This document shows, in pieces, positions 12,406-26,571 of a stretch of DNA of 61,181 nucleotides (the first letter of the stretch is position 1; each line of letters opens with the position of its first letter). Under the pieces are notes generated by a model. The model saw nothing but the letters and a program-made list of their open reading frames with translations, was not told where the DNA came from and did no database searches. The stretch is taken from positions 62,001-123,181 of the forward strand of contig JAAILG010000222.1 of the NCBI GenBank assembly GCA_012026655.1, given 5' to 3'. A program made the position numbers and the translations under genes. The DNA is from Hydrolagus affinis (lineage: Eukaryota).

Positions 12406-14084
12406 CATTGAAACCCAGCCAGCAACTAAGTTGGAAATCCAGCTTATACTGAAGTTGCTGTACAGTATTTTTTTTAATAAAAAATGACCAACTACACTGG
12501 CTCCGCAAATTGGGTCAAATCCCCCCAAAACAGAGCAAAGCCTACAAAAGTTGACTGATTGTACTTTAGAGCACCACACATCACATAATATTGTATAAAT
12601 ATTTAGATCCATAAATGACTGTCTGGTTTCCCAATCCACATATAAAGTTTCTCCCTTGCCCCTATCCTTCTGTTTATCTTATAAGTAATTGATGAGGTTT
12701 CTGAAGTGAAATTTATGCTTCAATTCTGTAAACTGAGGGAACTGGAACTTTTATGTTGGATTTCGACAGCAATTTATCCAATTCAATGGTTCAAGGTACC
12801 CACTTACTCTTTTTTTTATTAACCTCTTTGAATCAGAGTAATGGTAGTTGCCTTCAGGGTCCAGTATGAACAGTATGAACAGAACTATGATGAAGTGTAT
12901 TAAGAAATCACATAGAATCTCATTTACAGCACTTCAGGAACTCCTGAAAACTTTGCCAAAGTTTAAAATCTCTCCCTCTCCAAATTGAGCTTTTCCCTTA
13001 TACTCAACACACACAAAAAGAAGCTGGATTGGATAAGTGAGAGGTTTGCTTTCCTTTTCTGAAGTAATAAACATTACAGTGGCTGAACCACACACAGCTT
13101 GATGGCTGAATATGATCCAACTGAGAATTCATACCATTCCGTCAACTCATTCCCAAATTCTTGTGATTAATACATTCGCGTATCTATTTTATGCTCTGGC
13201 TCACTTTGTTATGAGCAGACGCTAAACATTTCATCTGTTGGTTTGTCAGAATGCAATTTATTTATTGAAATGATGTAATGTATGGATAGAACGCGTGAAA
13301 GGATTGTGGTTTTCGCTCCATAAATGTTGCGATGATGAGTTACTTGAAAGTTTTAATGCCCCAGGGAACATGCCTTACTTTCCCTCTCTGTCGAAATTCA
13401 GCTGCAGACCGCCACGTAATACATTCAAGAACATATTTTATATATAAAAGCTGAATGGGAAATAGTGAATACAAGTCAAAGATGCCTATGATTTTCTCTC
13501 TGGGAGTGAAAACCACCTTGTTTGTATCATGTGCCATTGAGCAAGAGCTCAAATAATTATACAGTAACATTTGTGATTCTGTTAATGCATTTCTTTCATT
13601 AGTTAACATAAGTACCAGGTTAAGGAATTTTGCAAATTTTCCACCTAAATAAACAATGTTTCCTTCAATATAAATGTTGCCTCAATTATAAATCTTCCCA
13701 CGAAGTGGTTTGCATAACCCCAATTAAAAGCTCTGCACAATGCAATCCTCAGATATGGTAGCCTCTGCTGTGGTCTCTGAACTTTTATTAAACCATCATG
13801 TTAGACTTGGAACAAGAACACACATTCTCCTTATAAATAGTCCATTGATGTCTGTTAAACTGTGGAGCAGAAGTCATCCCTGACTAGAGGGGAAGCAGTT
13901 ATGACAATTCTACACTGCTGTTAGTCAATTATTTTTGTCTCCAGCCTAAATGACAGCATAATTTAGTGCCAGCGGTACAGCACTTGTACAGTTGACATGT
14001 CGAGTAATTTCAAGATGAGACTTTGGTTCAACTAATGTTTTTTTTTGGAGCCTACACCACAGTAAAAATGTTGAATAATTTTGA

Positions 14085-14205
14085 TGGTTTAATGGGTAAG
14101 GCCAATGGCTGGCAGCACCAAGCCATACAGACTAGAAGGAGCAGATTTAAATCTCAGTTTGGTGTTCTGGTGTTAGAATTGGCGACGGAGAGCCTGGGTT
14201 AGTTG
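14085..14205 (+). mobile_element. Ancient tRNA-SINE relic (AmnSINE2-like)
   Basis: tggtttaatgggtaag...agccatacagactagaagg...; same pattern as 53845. Confidence 0.4.
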
Positions 14206-17200
14206 TAGTAATTGAAATTAGAAAGATACCTCACTAACAAAATCTAATAGAATTGTATATTTAAGATGTATTGGACCGAACACAAGAATAGCTTCATTTA
14301 TTGAGTTTGTTGCAAACACTGACTTATCCTGTGGTTGCTATTGTAAATGTGTGGTCGCTCAGGATGGTTCCCATGGCACCTGTGTGACATCATTTCCCAT
14401 GCCAAACTCCCATCACTCGAGCATGGCCGAAGAAAATGTAAGGCCAAACTTTTTCATGAAACAAAGGAGTTTCAGAAGTGCAGGCTCCATGTAAGAGCTT
14501 TATTTCCGATGGGGAGAGTGTGGATCTCACATGATGATGATATTTCTGGATTGCTCTTTCCAATTCAGAAGGAACGCGTGCATTAATGAGCTCCTCATTG
14601 CTAATCCTGCTTTGGCTGTGACCGGCCTTTTTGTGAAGAATCATATGGCAGAATGCCTCTTTTTTTTAATGTGTCCTTTGCTAACTCATCAAAAAAAACT
14701 CAAGTTCAAAATAACGAGGGATGTAACAAACCTGAATTATCCTGCTCTGCCCTCCTGTGCATGTAGCGCTGTTTGTTTTGATGTGAGCCAAGTGTTATTC
14801 TGTTGTATTCGGTAGGTTAAGTAAATTTTCTCGTGTTCTTCGAAATAACTACTGCAAGTTTCAATGTACGATTTAATGGCAACTTTCATCATTTATATTA
14901 CAATTGATGGATTTGAATTACAATTTATGTTGAAGTGCATAGGACAAATTTTCTAAGCTTGCCAAGCAGAATAATTCACACCAATAGATTTGCAACGTGA
15001 AGCACAGAGAGGAAAGTAAACATCACAAACATAACTCTCTTCCCTTCAAATTAAGGTTTGGATTGTTTCTACTCTGAGGTCCAGTTCCATTTGTCATCTG
15101 ACACCAGTTTCATATTTGTGCTTTGAAAGTTATAAAATTATTAATACTGTACTATTGCTATAAATCTCAAAAACATTTAACATGCATTTAGGAAAAACAC
15201 AATTTAGCTTTCCAGGTACTTGAATATTTAATAGTTACTTTTATATTATAAGATTTGCAATTCAGAAGTTGAAAGTGCAGTTTGTTTGTGCTATCAACTG
15301 AGGTTGAGAATACTGTAAATTCCAGCTCTGCTTCCCCTGTTGTAAGGGAAAATATTTTGCTCTTTAACTTATTACCCAGAGAGAGTTGTACAGCACGTAA
15401 ACCATTATCAATGATTTTTAAAAATGAGATTTCTGGAGTGCAAGGTGTGAAACTCTCCTACAAGTTGAGTGAGAGATGCAAAGGGGCTGCTGAAAAAAAT
15501 GTTAGTGGCACCCTTTGAGTGCAGCATTATTGCCTTCCCACGCTTTGACTCGTGATTATAGTTACTGTCAACGTAGGAAGGGAATGGGAAAGCACACTAA
15601 AAATGGGCTTCGCTTTAAAGATCAACAAGTTCACTTATGTATGAATACTCCAAGCCACTGCCTTTACAGCTGCTGTGTCTGGAATTCAGAATCTTAAAAC
15701 TGGGGGGCACACTGAGCCAGCAAGCTTGATATTCCTTAGCAGCACAACAAGTGTTGGTGAATGGCATCGTGGCATATAAAGAGGATCCGTTGAGGAAGCT
15801 GGCATGTTTCCCAGTACGCCAGTGAGGGACAAAGTTACAGGGATGATCAATGCACTTTGTAAAACACAAAGGTTGGTGTGGAGTCTGCAAAATGCTGCAT
15901 GGTTTCAAGATCAGTGTAAAGGAATGTGCAATTTGCTATTCTTTGAGATTTTGACCGAATTTTGGAAATGCTAAATTGGTCACAATGACAAACCATCAGC
16001 ATCATCTTTGCTTCTTATCCGCACTGAGTGGACCAAACTTCTAAGCTCATACATTTGCCATCTATTCAGAAGCATAAGTGTAGCTCCGACAGCTTTGTTT
16101 GTGTGAAAACATGCAGTGCATTAGAAGTTTTGTGAAGTAGTAAGGGTTGTTTGTTCAGTGTGATGGTGAAATAAACCAAACTATTTGACATTTTCACTTG
16201 ATGTTCATGTGTAATATTTTCTGCTCCAATCAAGAACAAAGCTTCTATTCATAGCTCTCTTTCACCACACATTAGGAAAGATTTCTTAATCTGACATTTT
16301 TGATGTTGCAATACATGGCAGATTTGATGACAAGAATTGAGAACTTATTTGTCAGTGTCTTCATGTGGAAAAAAAAGCAGCAAAACGTGTATTTTACATA
16401 TTCTGATTGATTGGCTGCTGGGCAAAGTTACCAGGTGGCCATTTCATCCTGAGAAATAAATGTTAACACTTTTTAAATTCAAGAAATTCAAAAGTAGCTT
16501 GACAGTATTATTCAATAATTTTCATGAAACCATATCCAAACTATTTGTTAGAAAAATCTAACAGTGTAACAGAGCTGCCAGCAAGTCATACACTTGAATG
16601 AAAGTCCTCCAAATTGTTAAGATATATAACTGAACTGGTGCTTAACATTTCCCCTATTCTAAAATAAAATACCCATAAAATACAAGAAACTGACTGGCGG
16701 GAGACATGGTAACATTCTGCCAACAAAGCAGCAAACTTGGTTAAGAAATCTGTGACCTCCAGGCCTGCTCGATTTATAATCCCAACGTTTCATGATCTAA
16801 TCAAAGAAATGAAATGTGTAAATTGATTTCAATTTTTAGAAAAAAATATATTATTTCCATAATAGTTACATATGCCCAAGAATCAAAAACTGCTGAGAGT
16901 GACGAGTATAATAGATCACTGCAATGAGATTTATGACCTTTAATATTGTAATAAACATCCATAAGAAAATTTGCTGGAGGAAATTAATCTATTTTGTGAT
17001 AGCATTATTATCTTCATACTGAAAAATTTTGAAGTCGAGATATGGTAGATCAATGTAATTTCTACAAAATGAAAGGAACACACTAGTTTGCTTTCCTCAC
17101 ATGAAAAATGTACCAAACTATTCTGCACAGATAAATGGTGGAATATCCATGAGTTACTATATAATCCAACAATTTTATGATTGAATCATTGGCTTCTTAC

Positions 17201-18951
17201 CACTTCTACCTTTATCCTAGTGCATTACATATTATTCCTGTAATTATTATTCACCTGGTCATTTAGTCATTGACTTGTAATTTCAAAAATGTTTTAATGT
17301 GTAGACAACAGTTTTATTTCTGATCTTCATTCCAAAAGTAGACTTTTTTTGTTTGAGCGTGGTGGGGGTGGGTGGAGATTTTGCTCAAATGCAATCCAAA
17401 CCCTTTTCAGTATGTTCTGACCCAGCTCACAGAAATTTGCATAAATGCTATGCTAACTAATCTCCATGTGACGCTGTGTTTGTGCACCAAAAGTTATTTA
17501 ATATACGTAGGAATTATTTAAATGTATCCAGCAAATATTGACAAATTAAGCCAATTGAAATGATTGTATTGATTTACAAGCCTTCAAAATGGAGGAGCAA
17601 CTAGAATGGGTTTATGGTCCAAAGAAAACCAAGCTCACTGGGATCACCATTGTTCCCAATGGTTTTGCATATGTAGCTCCAGACACATTTTGTTTTTCCA
17701 AAGTAATAACAGTGGAACAAACAAAGCTCAGACGATAAATTGATATTTTACAATATTACTTTTAATCTATGTTTGGTGGGAGTTTATTTTTGAAAAAAAG
17801 ATTGTCCACTAAAAGCATTAATGACCCTTTCAGTGCTCTTTGTTTTCAGAACCAAGCAAATTAACCAACATGAAGATTTATATTTAACCCTCTGCTGTTG
17901 TATACAAACACCATCTCCATCCACAGGATTTTTAGTTCGTACTGAAAATGATATACTTGTTGTCAAATATTAATATTACACATAATTACTGAAACATGTT
18001 GTTGACTTTGGGATTATAATAAAATGTCAAAACACAACTATAATTTCAATTGATAGCTTTTTTGCCTATTTTTGCTTCAACTGTTGACACTTCTAAAGCC
18101 CAGACAACTGAACTCAACACATCACTCCATGGTTAACATGAATATTCCCTTCCTTTTTGTTTTCTCATTCCATTGAGTTTTGGTTTAGAAATATTTTTCT
18201 CCAACTAACAAGTTGATAACTGGCTTAGAGGAGCTCCTGAGCCTAGGATTGTGCAGTAGTTTAATTAACATGCATAGTTGAAGGTGAAAACATTTCAGGT
18301 TAATGACTACCTACACTTATTAGTTGCTAATTCCCCTTTATACTGTCAACTGTCAAGCCTGAGGTCAACAGCAGACACTATTTAAATAAATATATTTGGG
18401 AAACCATCAACCACAGGCAATAACCTTGTGAGACAAATAGGTTTTTTACTTTGTTTATTCAAACTCATTTCATTCTCATTTTAAAGATGAATGATCATAT
18501 CTTCATATGACTTGTTTCTCGTAGCACATAATGCTAAATTAGTTGGCAGCAAAATTGGCGATCCATGAATGTTTGCACATGAACCTTGTTTAATAACAGT
18601 GTTTATTTGCCCGTGCATTCCTGGTGCTTGATACTCCCAGTAAAGCATTGTGAACATAAAATGCTAACTGCTCAATCAGATATAGCTGGTTACACTTTAC
18701 CTGATGCAAAAAACGAATTTGTCATATTGATGACTAAGGTGCCCCTACCTAGAGTATAGGACTGAGGATTTATGGGGGCACAGAATATTGACAGGAAGTC
18801 CATGGTTGCTAGGCATTGGCAAGAGTGACACTTTGATAGACTCCAGGAAATTTTACTTACTGTGCATGCTAAAAGACTGAAATGACAAGTTTGAGTTTTT
18901 GTATACTCGTATGTACAAGTAACAATACCATTTTTATTGTGTGGTGTATAT

Positions 18952-19131
18952 AACAACAACAAAATGACATTCGTAGAGTGCTTTTCACGTCAAGAGGACG
19001 TTCCAAGGCGGTCAACAGTCAGGTAGGGTTAGGGGTTGGGATGAGGGAGGGCAGAAAATATAGGAGGGCGAGGGCAGTCAAAACAGAGGATCTTGAGTTG
19101 TGCCTTGAAGGAGGCAAGGGAAGGAGTGAGG
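18952..19131 (-). mobile_element. L2 LINE 3' end
   Basis: (caa)n tail, reverse complement of the stem-loop (gtgcttttcacgtcaagaggacgttccaaggcg) and the ORF2-end segment gtgccttgaaggagg; homologous to 43846-44182. Confidence 0.8.
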
Positions 19132-20784
19132 AACCAACACATCAATGAATTACAAATTTATCAGTTTCAGCTAATTACTGATTGTACTACTTGTCTTTTT
19201 AAAAACAGAGTTACTGACATTGACAAAATAATAGAGCATTCGGAAGCAAAATGTACAACCACATATTGTCTCCATGCCTGAACCCTAAAAGATCAGTTTA
19301 GAACATTTAAAACATAAATCCCTGTGAATCCATTTTTGAATGTTCAGAATAACTGCTATGATAAGGTGCCTGAATAGCAGTGATGTTTGAAAGTTCATGT
19401 TAAGTACACATGAAACAAGTTTATTTGGCCATTTGATCTCATTCTTCTGGAAAACCCAGGCCATTTAATATGTTGCACAATTCTTAAAGCAGGAAAAAAG
19501 CAGTTCCATATTTTCATACTGATAACCCGTTCCAGATTTTGACCATACTTTATTTGAAAGAAATACTTCCTGGGGATGACCATCCTAAAATTGATCTTCA
19601 CACTTGGAGCCTGGGATCTCTTGTCTTGATGTCTTTCAATATCACAAAGCTTTTTCCTGAGTTTACTTTCTCTATTCTATTTAGCATAAACAAAAGACGT
19701 GTGTTAAACAAAGGGATGTCATTTTGTTAATACGATGCCAAGTATTAAGTACAACATAGAAGGGCAATGGCCTTGTATATAAAGCTATCAGTGATGCTGT
19801 GAGTTGCGATTACCAAATCCACCCAAAATAAAACTGTCCAGATTTTCAATAATGGAATCATTGTAATACATACGACCAAAATTCATGTCCGTTGCAATGA
19901 GATGAGATATGGCTGAAGCTTTAGGGTTTAATCAGGTTATAGGAGTAAATTATGGTTTTAATTTTTCCCCTCCCAAAAAATGTCCTTGATCTTGCAAATT
20001 TGCTTCTAGAGATTATGGAAGTTACAAATGCATTGCAGAGGACTCTGAATCATTGATGGCTTCCAGTGTCAAAGCAAGCCAAAGGGAGTTCTTGTCACCA
20101 TGATGGGCCTGACCTTCAATGGTTTCAATGTTTTTTGAAACATTTTTCAGAAAGGCCTGACCGTAAAATTCACTCTAACACACTCAAAGCCAAAACTGTA
20201 CACATATTTGCCTCTAAGTTGGTGATTATTTGAAATGTCCTACGTGGGTGGGTGGGACATTTTCATAACTTTGTTTTAAAATAGCAACACAGGTGAAATG
20301 TGGAAACTGTGGATTGAAATTGATTATTGACTTTGTCCTTGAATAAGTCTAATATCTTTAGCATCTGGATTGTTTTGGCTGTGGCATGTGGGCATTTTTG
20401 AAAATTCAAGATGATTACATTGGGTTTCATATTGAAATCTGATGTGTAGCGAGTAATCCAAAACTCTGACAGGTAGCCAGAAGTGCATCACTCCCTTAGT
20501 AGGAATTCCACTGCAATGGTCCCAACAGTGTATTAAATTTGTCCCATGACATCACTCATTTCCAGTTGCTAGCCTGTGTTGCTATCCATTATAAATCGCA
20601 GCATGTTAAACCCCAGAGTTTTAGAATTGCATGATCCATCGGTAACGCAGCTTCTCCTTCCCTGGAAGATTGAATTCTCTTCCCTGCTTACCATGGAACC
20701 GCAAAATTTACAATATTGTAATGAAATATAACCATAATATATTAGATGCCTAGAAATACAAGGTCACCATGCGTTATCCTAAAC

Positions 20785-20850
20785 TCTGAAGCTTTTTGGA
20801 GATGCTTTGAAGTGATAAGGTGCTACACTAAAATGCAATGTTTATTCAAG
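20785..20850 (+). mobile_element. SINE/L2-type 3' tail fragment
   Basis: gaagctttttggagatgctttgaagtgataaggtgctacactaaaatgcaa. Confidence 0.5.
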
Positions 20851-21990
20851 TTATTTTTATTAGATAGTGTAAAATTGACCACCCACCCCCAATCTGCTGT
20901 CACGACAAGCAATGACCTTCCTTTCTACATCAGCTGGAATCTTGGATGAAATATCTGGCAAGATGATTTCACAGACGGATTATTATTACAACACATTCAC
21001 ATATAAAGCTAACAGTCGAAAGTGTTGGATTAGCTGAGCAGGAAAATCTTAGCGCTCCAAAAACAACAACTACTTGCATTGATCGCGTCCTTCACAGGGA
21101 CAGCAAACTGAGATCGCACTCCAGGTGCAATCACAGGATCTGTATTCTGTAACGAAACCTGAGCTGCTTTGCTAGCCCACTTGGGATGTTGTTATTGGAA
21201 AGAAATTGCAGACGCAGAATATTATGTTCGTCAGTAATATGCTTACAGTGTAAAGAACGCTGGTTCCCCTTATGAATGTGTTTCTAAAGCTAATTTACTC
21301 CAAGGACTTGATTTCTCCTGGATATGATTCTTAAAATCACACCATTTTGAAAACATAGAATTGATAGTACAATTCCCTTTGTAAAATTAATTCCCATTCC
21401 ACTCAGAATTTTTAATAGATTTGCACTTCACTCAAGTACTATACTCACAAAACTAAACCCTATCAAACACTTAGATGTCCTCCTGACACACTGTCACGTT
21501 GATGGCAGATTGATAGCCACCTCTGAAAATAGGTGCTTTTATTTTTTTTAATTAAAAAAAGTCTTCATTTGCAATGAAATAGTAGAAGGGAAGTCAGTAA
21601 TTCCACTTCTCCTGTCTGACTGTCCCTTTCCACTTCCCTGGTGTTCAGATATTATTGGCAGCAACAATGCTGATAGTGCTTTGACACCAGAGCTAATGAA
21701 CTATATCTCTGGTGGATACCAATGACTATAGTTTCTTACATTGCAAAGCGCAAACAGAGATATCTAATGTTAAATGTTACAACTATGCCAGTACCTTACT
21801 TCCTGCTTTTAGTTGTCTCAATGAGTGGAAGGAAGCCCAAATTTAATTGGTAATCCCATAGCAATCCATCATGCTTTGAAAATATATTCATATGATCCTG
21901 GGTAAACACTAAATAAGAGAACATTTAAACATTACTAGTTGAGTTTTCAGCTTCACACAACCATGATCAATTCAGATTTGTAAGAAATGA

Positions 21991-22088
21991 ACATACAGTC
22001 AATTAATTTCACGGTAAATTCTGTGAAGCGCTTTGAGATGTCTAGAAGACGTGAAAAGCGCTATATCAAATGCAAGGATTATTATTTA
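21991..22088 (+). mobile_element. SINE 3' fragment (dominant family)
   Basis: ctgtgaagcgctttgagatgtctagaagacgtgaaaagcgctatatcaaatgcaaggattattatt. Confidence 0.92.
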
Positions 22089-22915
22089 TAAATGAAGCAT
22101 ATTGGCGATCTAAAAAATAAAATTTCTGCAATATTGTTAGTAGACTCGGTTGATAAGGATTGAGGAAATAGCAGGATTGCTTAATTGAGCATCTAAATAA
22201 TACCCATCAACTAAAGTGGAGCTCTGTTAAAGGTAGTAACAGGATCTCACAGGTACAGCAACAAAATTACATACCCTCTTATGGAACTTCTATAAACATT
22301 TTATTGTGTACTGTATGCTGAATGTAATAATGTATTAGAATAAATGTTCATTTTTAAGATTAAATTCAGCAAAGGTGAAATATTCTCTTAATAAATGTAA
22401 AATAAGTATCACAGTAGTGTGATGTAGGCTTTCAAATGTATAAAATATGAATTAAATACTTCCAGTGATTCCTTTTTTTTAGGTACAAATAAATAATTTT
22501 ACTACAGGACACATTTTTGAAGTGAAAAAATGGTGAATCCTGAGTAAACTTCTTAGCTTGGATCAGGATTATTCTTGATTAGGGATTTCTGTGCACCGCT
22601 TGGAGAAATGGAATCAGAAGTTTTAAAAATAAACTAGCCTTCAGCCAATTTAATTATCCATGTTGCCGCTGAAACTAAGCTGAAACACAGTATCACACAC
22701 AATATATGCTGTTCTGTAACAAGATCTACTGCACATATTGATGACTTTGCTGAACAAGAAAAGTCGCCAATACTTCAGCAAGAATGAAAATGTTTAAACG
22801 TAGTTGGAAACTTAATATTGTAGGATCAGGTTTTCTACACACTGCTTATGAAAGAAATTCAAACATTGTAATAGTTGTACATGTAAAATCTTATTGCTGC
22901 AACCATATAATAACC

Positions 22916-23206
22916 AATAATAATAATCATCCTTGCATTTGGTATAGCGCTTTTCACATCTTCTATACATCTCAAAGACATCTACACAAATTGAATTGAC
23001 TATATTTTGTGGGCGAAATGCAGCAGCCAATTTCTCATGGCAGTGTTCCACAAACGTCCATGGATTGAGATGACCAATTTTTTTTTGAAGGATTATTATC
23101 AGGCATGTGGAGTAAGGAAACTTGCCCAAGGTTTTGCCCTGCCTGGAATTGAACCCAGGTCTATCATTTGCAAGGCAAGAACTCTAACCACTGAGCTACA
23201 GGACTC
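22916..23206 (-). mobile_element. tRNA-derived SINE, full length
   Basis: Minus strand reads gagtcctgtagctcagtggttagag...cctgggttcaattccaggcagggcaaaaccttgggcaagtttcc... through to the (tat)n tail. Confidence 0.93.
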
Positions 23207-25030
23207 TGCATACAAAGTAAAATATAACTTACTAAGTCATGAAACACAACCAGGGAATAGTCTTAGGTTTGAATCAAATCTATAGATTCAAGAGGTACCT
23301 CTTAACTAGAAAGTCTACGTAATGGGAAACATGAAATGTTATTCAGTGAATTGACTTTCAATCATTGCATCAAATGTGCGTATGGATTAGGTATGCATTT
23401 AACAGTAATGTATTCATTAGCCAAATAAAGTCTTAAAATGCTCCAATTAGGATTGGAAAATGCAAGTTACATTTTCAGAAGTAAATTAAATTTACATGTT
23501 AAGAAAGACGGAACAGAATTTATCCCAAAGGCAATAGAAATAGATTTTTCACCTAAATGGGTTTGGGTCAATTTGACCATTCACTTTTCTTAAAGAATTT
23601 TCTAAACCTAATAGCATACCCTAAGGATTAAGTGGGCCTTAGCAATAACTGCTACATGCGGTAAATAAATTTTACCCTAAAGGCTGAAGCCATCACATGA
23701 TGTGCACTAACAAAGCTCATTATTTTTCATGGATTGATACGAAGGCTAATTGCCTGAAACCCTGCAGGCATGCATCCAGTTAGTTGAAGTAACTTTTATA
23801 ATGAGGAAAACAACTATTAACATTTTATTTCCCAAAATCCAGCACGTTGACTGCTTCAAGATAGTTTAACATGAAATGCGCCCTTTAATTTCAGATTTGA
23901 ATAAGAATTCACAGGAAGGCTAGTCTTCAGAAATATTAGAGTATTGTATTGAAATGATCTTGGAATGATATAAACATACAGTAGGGTTGAAATCTTAACA
24001 AATATCCAGGCAAATTGATTTTCTGAAGTTCCAACATTTTGTGTCTTTCAGGCATCTGATGTTGTTTTGGAATGTTGTCAACTTTGTTTCCAACAAACTT
24101 CCAGCCAGTTGATTTCCTGCAACTGGTTACTATGCAGAATAGATGTTAATGTGAATGCCGCTGTTGTGTGGGGAACCGTTTCATTATCTATAGATGCACA
24201 GAGTTCTAAAAAAACATCTTGGCAAGAACTGTGTTTATTGCAAATTGGATCTTGGCAACCGGAGAGATTTTTTTTCTTTACATGCCTTTGAATAGGTCAT
24301 TGGACCACCAGTGAGCCTTCCTGTGGATTGCCCAGGTAGGTAGGGCAATCCACATAAAAACACTTTGAAGCCAGTGACAGGCTTTCACTATTTAAAAAGT
24401 TCCTCCGTTTCCAAGGACCCCTTGAAATCCTAGGTTTCACAATTGCACAAATCCCCGAATCTATTGGAACCTGTAATAGGCTTCAAACATTCCTCAATGA
24501 AAAATAAACTGTAAAACCAGTTTCTCAATTCTTTGGGAAATGTAATTGCTTACAGGATGTTGTATCTCTTTTCAGGAAATGCCACTTACTATTCAGGAAA
24601 GGAAATGCGGTGTGTGGTAAGTGGGTCTCTTTAGGGCTGAGCCGAGTCCAAGGTGATGTGACTGGCAATGGGATATTGAAAATGAGTCATTCATTTTGCT
24701 GTTTGCTTCCTGAGCCCAGTGGATCCACACTGCATGAAGGTACTATTGATGGCAGAGCAGACAATGATCTCAACTAGTATAGGATGAGGAATTAAGGCTA
24801 GCTGATTGATTGAGGAGCTTGACCTGCAATCTTGCCCTTTAATTAATGATCTTATCCGTAATTCCCCAGTGTAGTACTATACACGAATTCATCTATTCTC
24901 AATTAATAATTTCTGTAAGGCTTATCTCCTTAAAATCTATTTGGGTGAACACATTTAGTTCCATATCATTCATTCTCTCATGTGTCAATATTTTTTTTTA
25001 CCTAGTCAGCTATGGTTTATGCAGCAATAT

Positions 25031-25090
25031 AACAACAACAACAACTTTAATTTATACAGCACCCTCCACTCTGGACGCAATCCCAGAACA
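25031..25090 (-). mobile_element. L2-type extreme 3' tail
   Basis: (caa)n followed by tttatacagcaccctccactctggacgcaatcccagaac. Confidence 0.6.
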
Positions 25091-25717
25091 CTATATACGA
25101 ATATATGATATATGTTCAATCTCTTTTCCTTAAGGATATTCAGACATATACATTTGATCAATAGTATTTGTGCTCCCATTATGTAATGCTGAACATTACA
25201 AGTTTGTGCTCCAGATTGTTAGGCACTTGGGTGCCCAAAGGATTCAGTGCAAGAAAATAGCTTCAGGCTGCAATTTCTCTGCGGGCCAAAGGATCTGTTG
25301 TAACTGCAGATGCTGTGTAAAACTTTTAATTAAAATCAATTGCCATGAGAAATGCCACTTAAAAAATTTAACATGCAAAAAACAGACAAACTGTCCGCAT
25401 AGCTTTACAGTACAGTACAGTATTATGATTTGGGTCTTCAAAGTCGTGAACGAAAGCTTGAAACTTTGTATATATGAGATTTTGTAGTACTCTTTGCTTG
25501 CTTTTCAATGCATATTCAAATGCTGCATGCTACAGTTGAATGGTTTGTTATTTCACATTAGTATCAATTTCACATTCAGTAAGAATGATTCTTTTTAGAA
25601 AAGGCGCAGTGTTGACAGCACAACCTCACTGCATATGGTTAGGAACCAAAGTCTCACATTTCTGAATATAATGTAATTTCTATTCTCTTTATACATGCAG
25701 TAATTATTCATCTGTTG

Positions 25718-25920
25718 ATAATAATAACAATTCTTGAATTTGATATAGCACCTTATCATGTCTTCGAAATATCTCAAAGTACAGGATATACAGTACTGTA
25801 AAGTGAATTCAGTGTATATTTTGTGGGCAAATCACAGCAACCAATTGCACACAGCATTACCCCACAAATAGTCGTAGATTGAATGACCCAGTTATTATTT
25901 TTTTGAAGGGATTATTATTA
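25718..25920 (-). mobile_element. SINE (dominant family), 5'-truncated at the internal taataataatcc motif
   Basis: Runs from the tail through the Deu segment and ends at gggattattatta. Confidence 0.88.
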
Positions 25921-26427
25921 TGATCATCACTTACCAGAAACTAGCTATTAATCATCAACTGGGCATCAGCTATTATATACCATTTTGCTGTTTACTTGTA
26001 ATGTCCTATTTGCTGTCACTGATGAGCAGTACTGAAAGTTATGGACATTTTGGTTTTATGAACCTATTGGTTCACGTTAAACTTCAAGGATAGTGCTTCA
26101 CCTGTCCTATCGGGTCAGTAAATTTACCAACCTTGGCAGTGCACATTTATAACTGGAACATTTAATGATAAGCACTCACAGCTAAAGTTTGTAAATACTG
26201 TACTATATCAAGGAATTATTTAATTTCTAAAATAATGTACTCAATCATAACTTAAAACACCAAGTTCATGAAGTATTTGCCAACCTTTCACCTATAAATT
26301 TCTATGTTTAAAAACTCAGGATTTATATGCATTTTGCAATTGATATTCCGCATAAAATGGTCATGTTGACCATTCTTTTTCATTTATGCAAAACACTATT
26401 TGTAGACACACAGGGACACAATTCTAT

Positions 26428-26571
26428 TCATAGAATTTTGCAGCACCAACAGAGGCCCATCGAGTCTGTCCCAGCTCTTTGAAAAGAGCTATTCAAAGCC
26501 AATCCCAGTCCCACACATCCCAACTCTCTCCCCATAACCCCGCAAACCCTTCCTCCCCAAATAACCATCCA
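26428..26571 (-). mobile_element. CR1 3' end
   Basis: tcatagaattttgcagcac...gaggcccatcgagtctgtcccagctctttgaaaagagctatt...ctctctccccataaccccgcaaa. Confidence 0.85.

Noticed and set aside
14531-14735. Possible C/D snoRNA (atgatga ... ctga)
   Set aside because: The boxes are ~200 nt apart, there is no terminal stem, and I recognise no guide sequence
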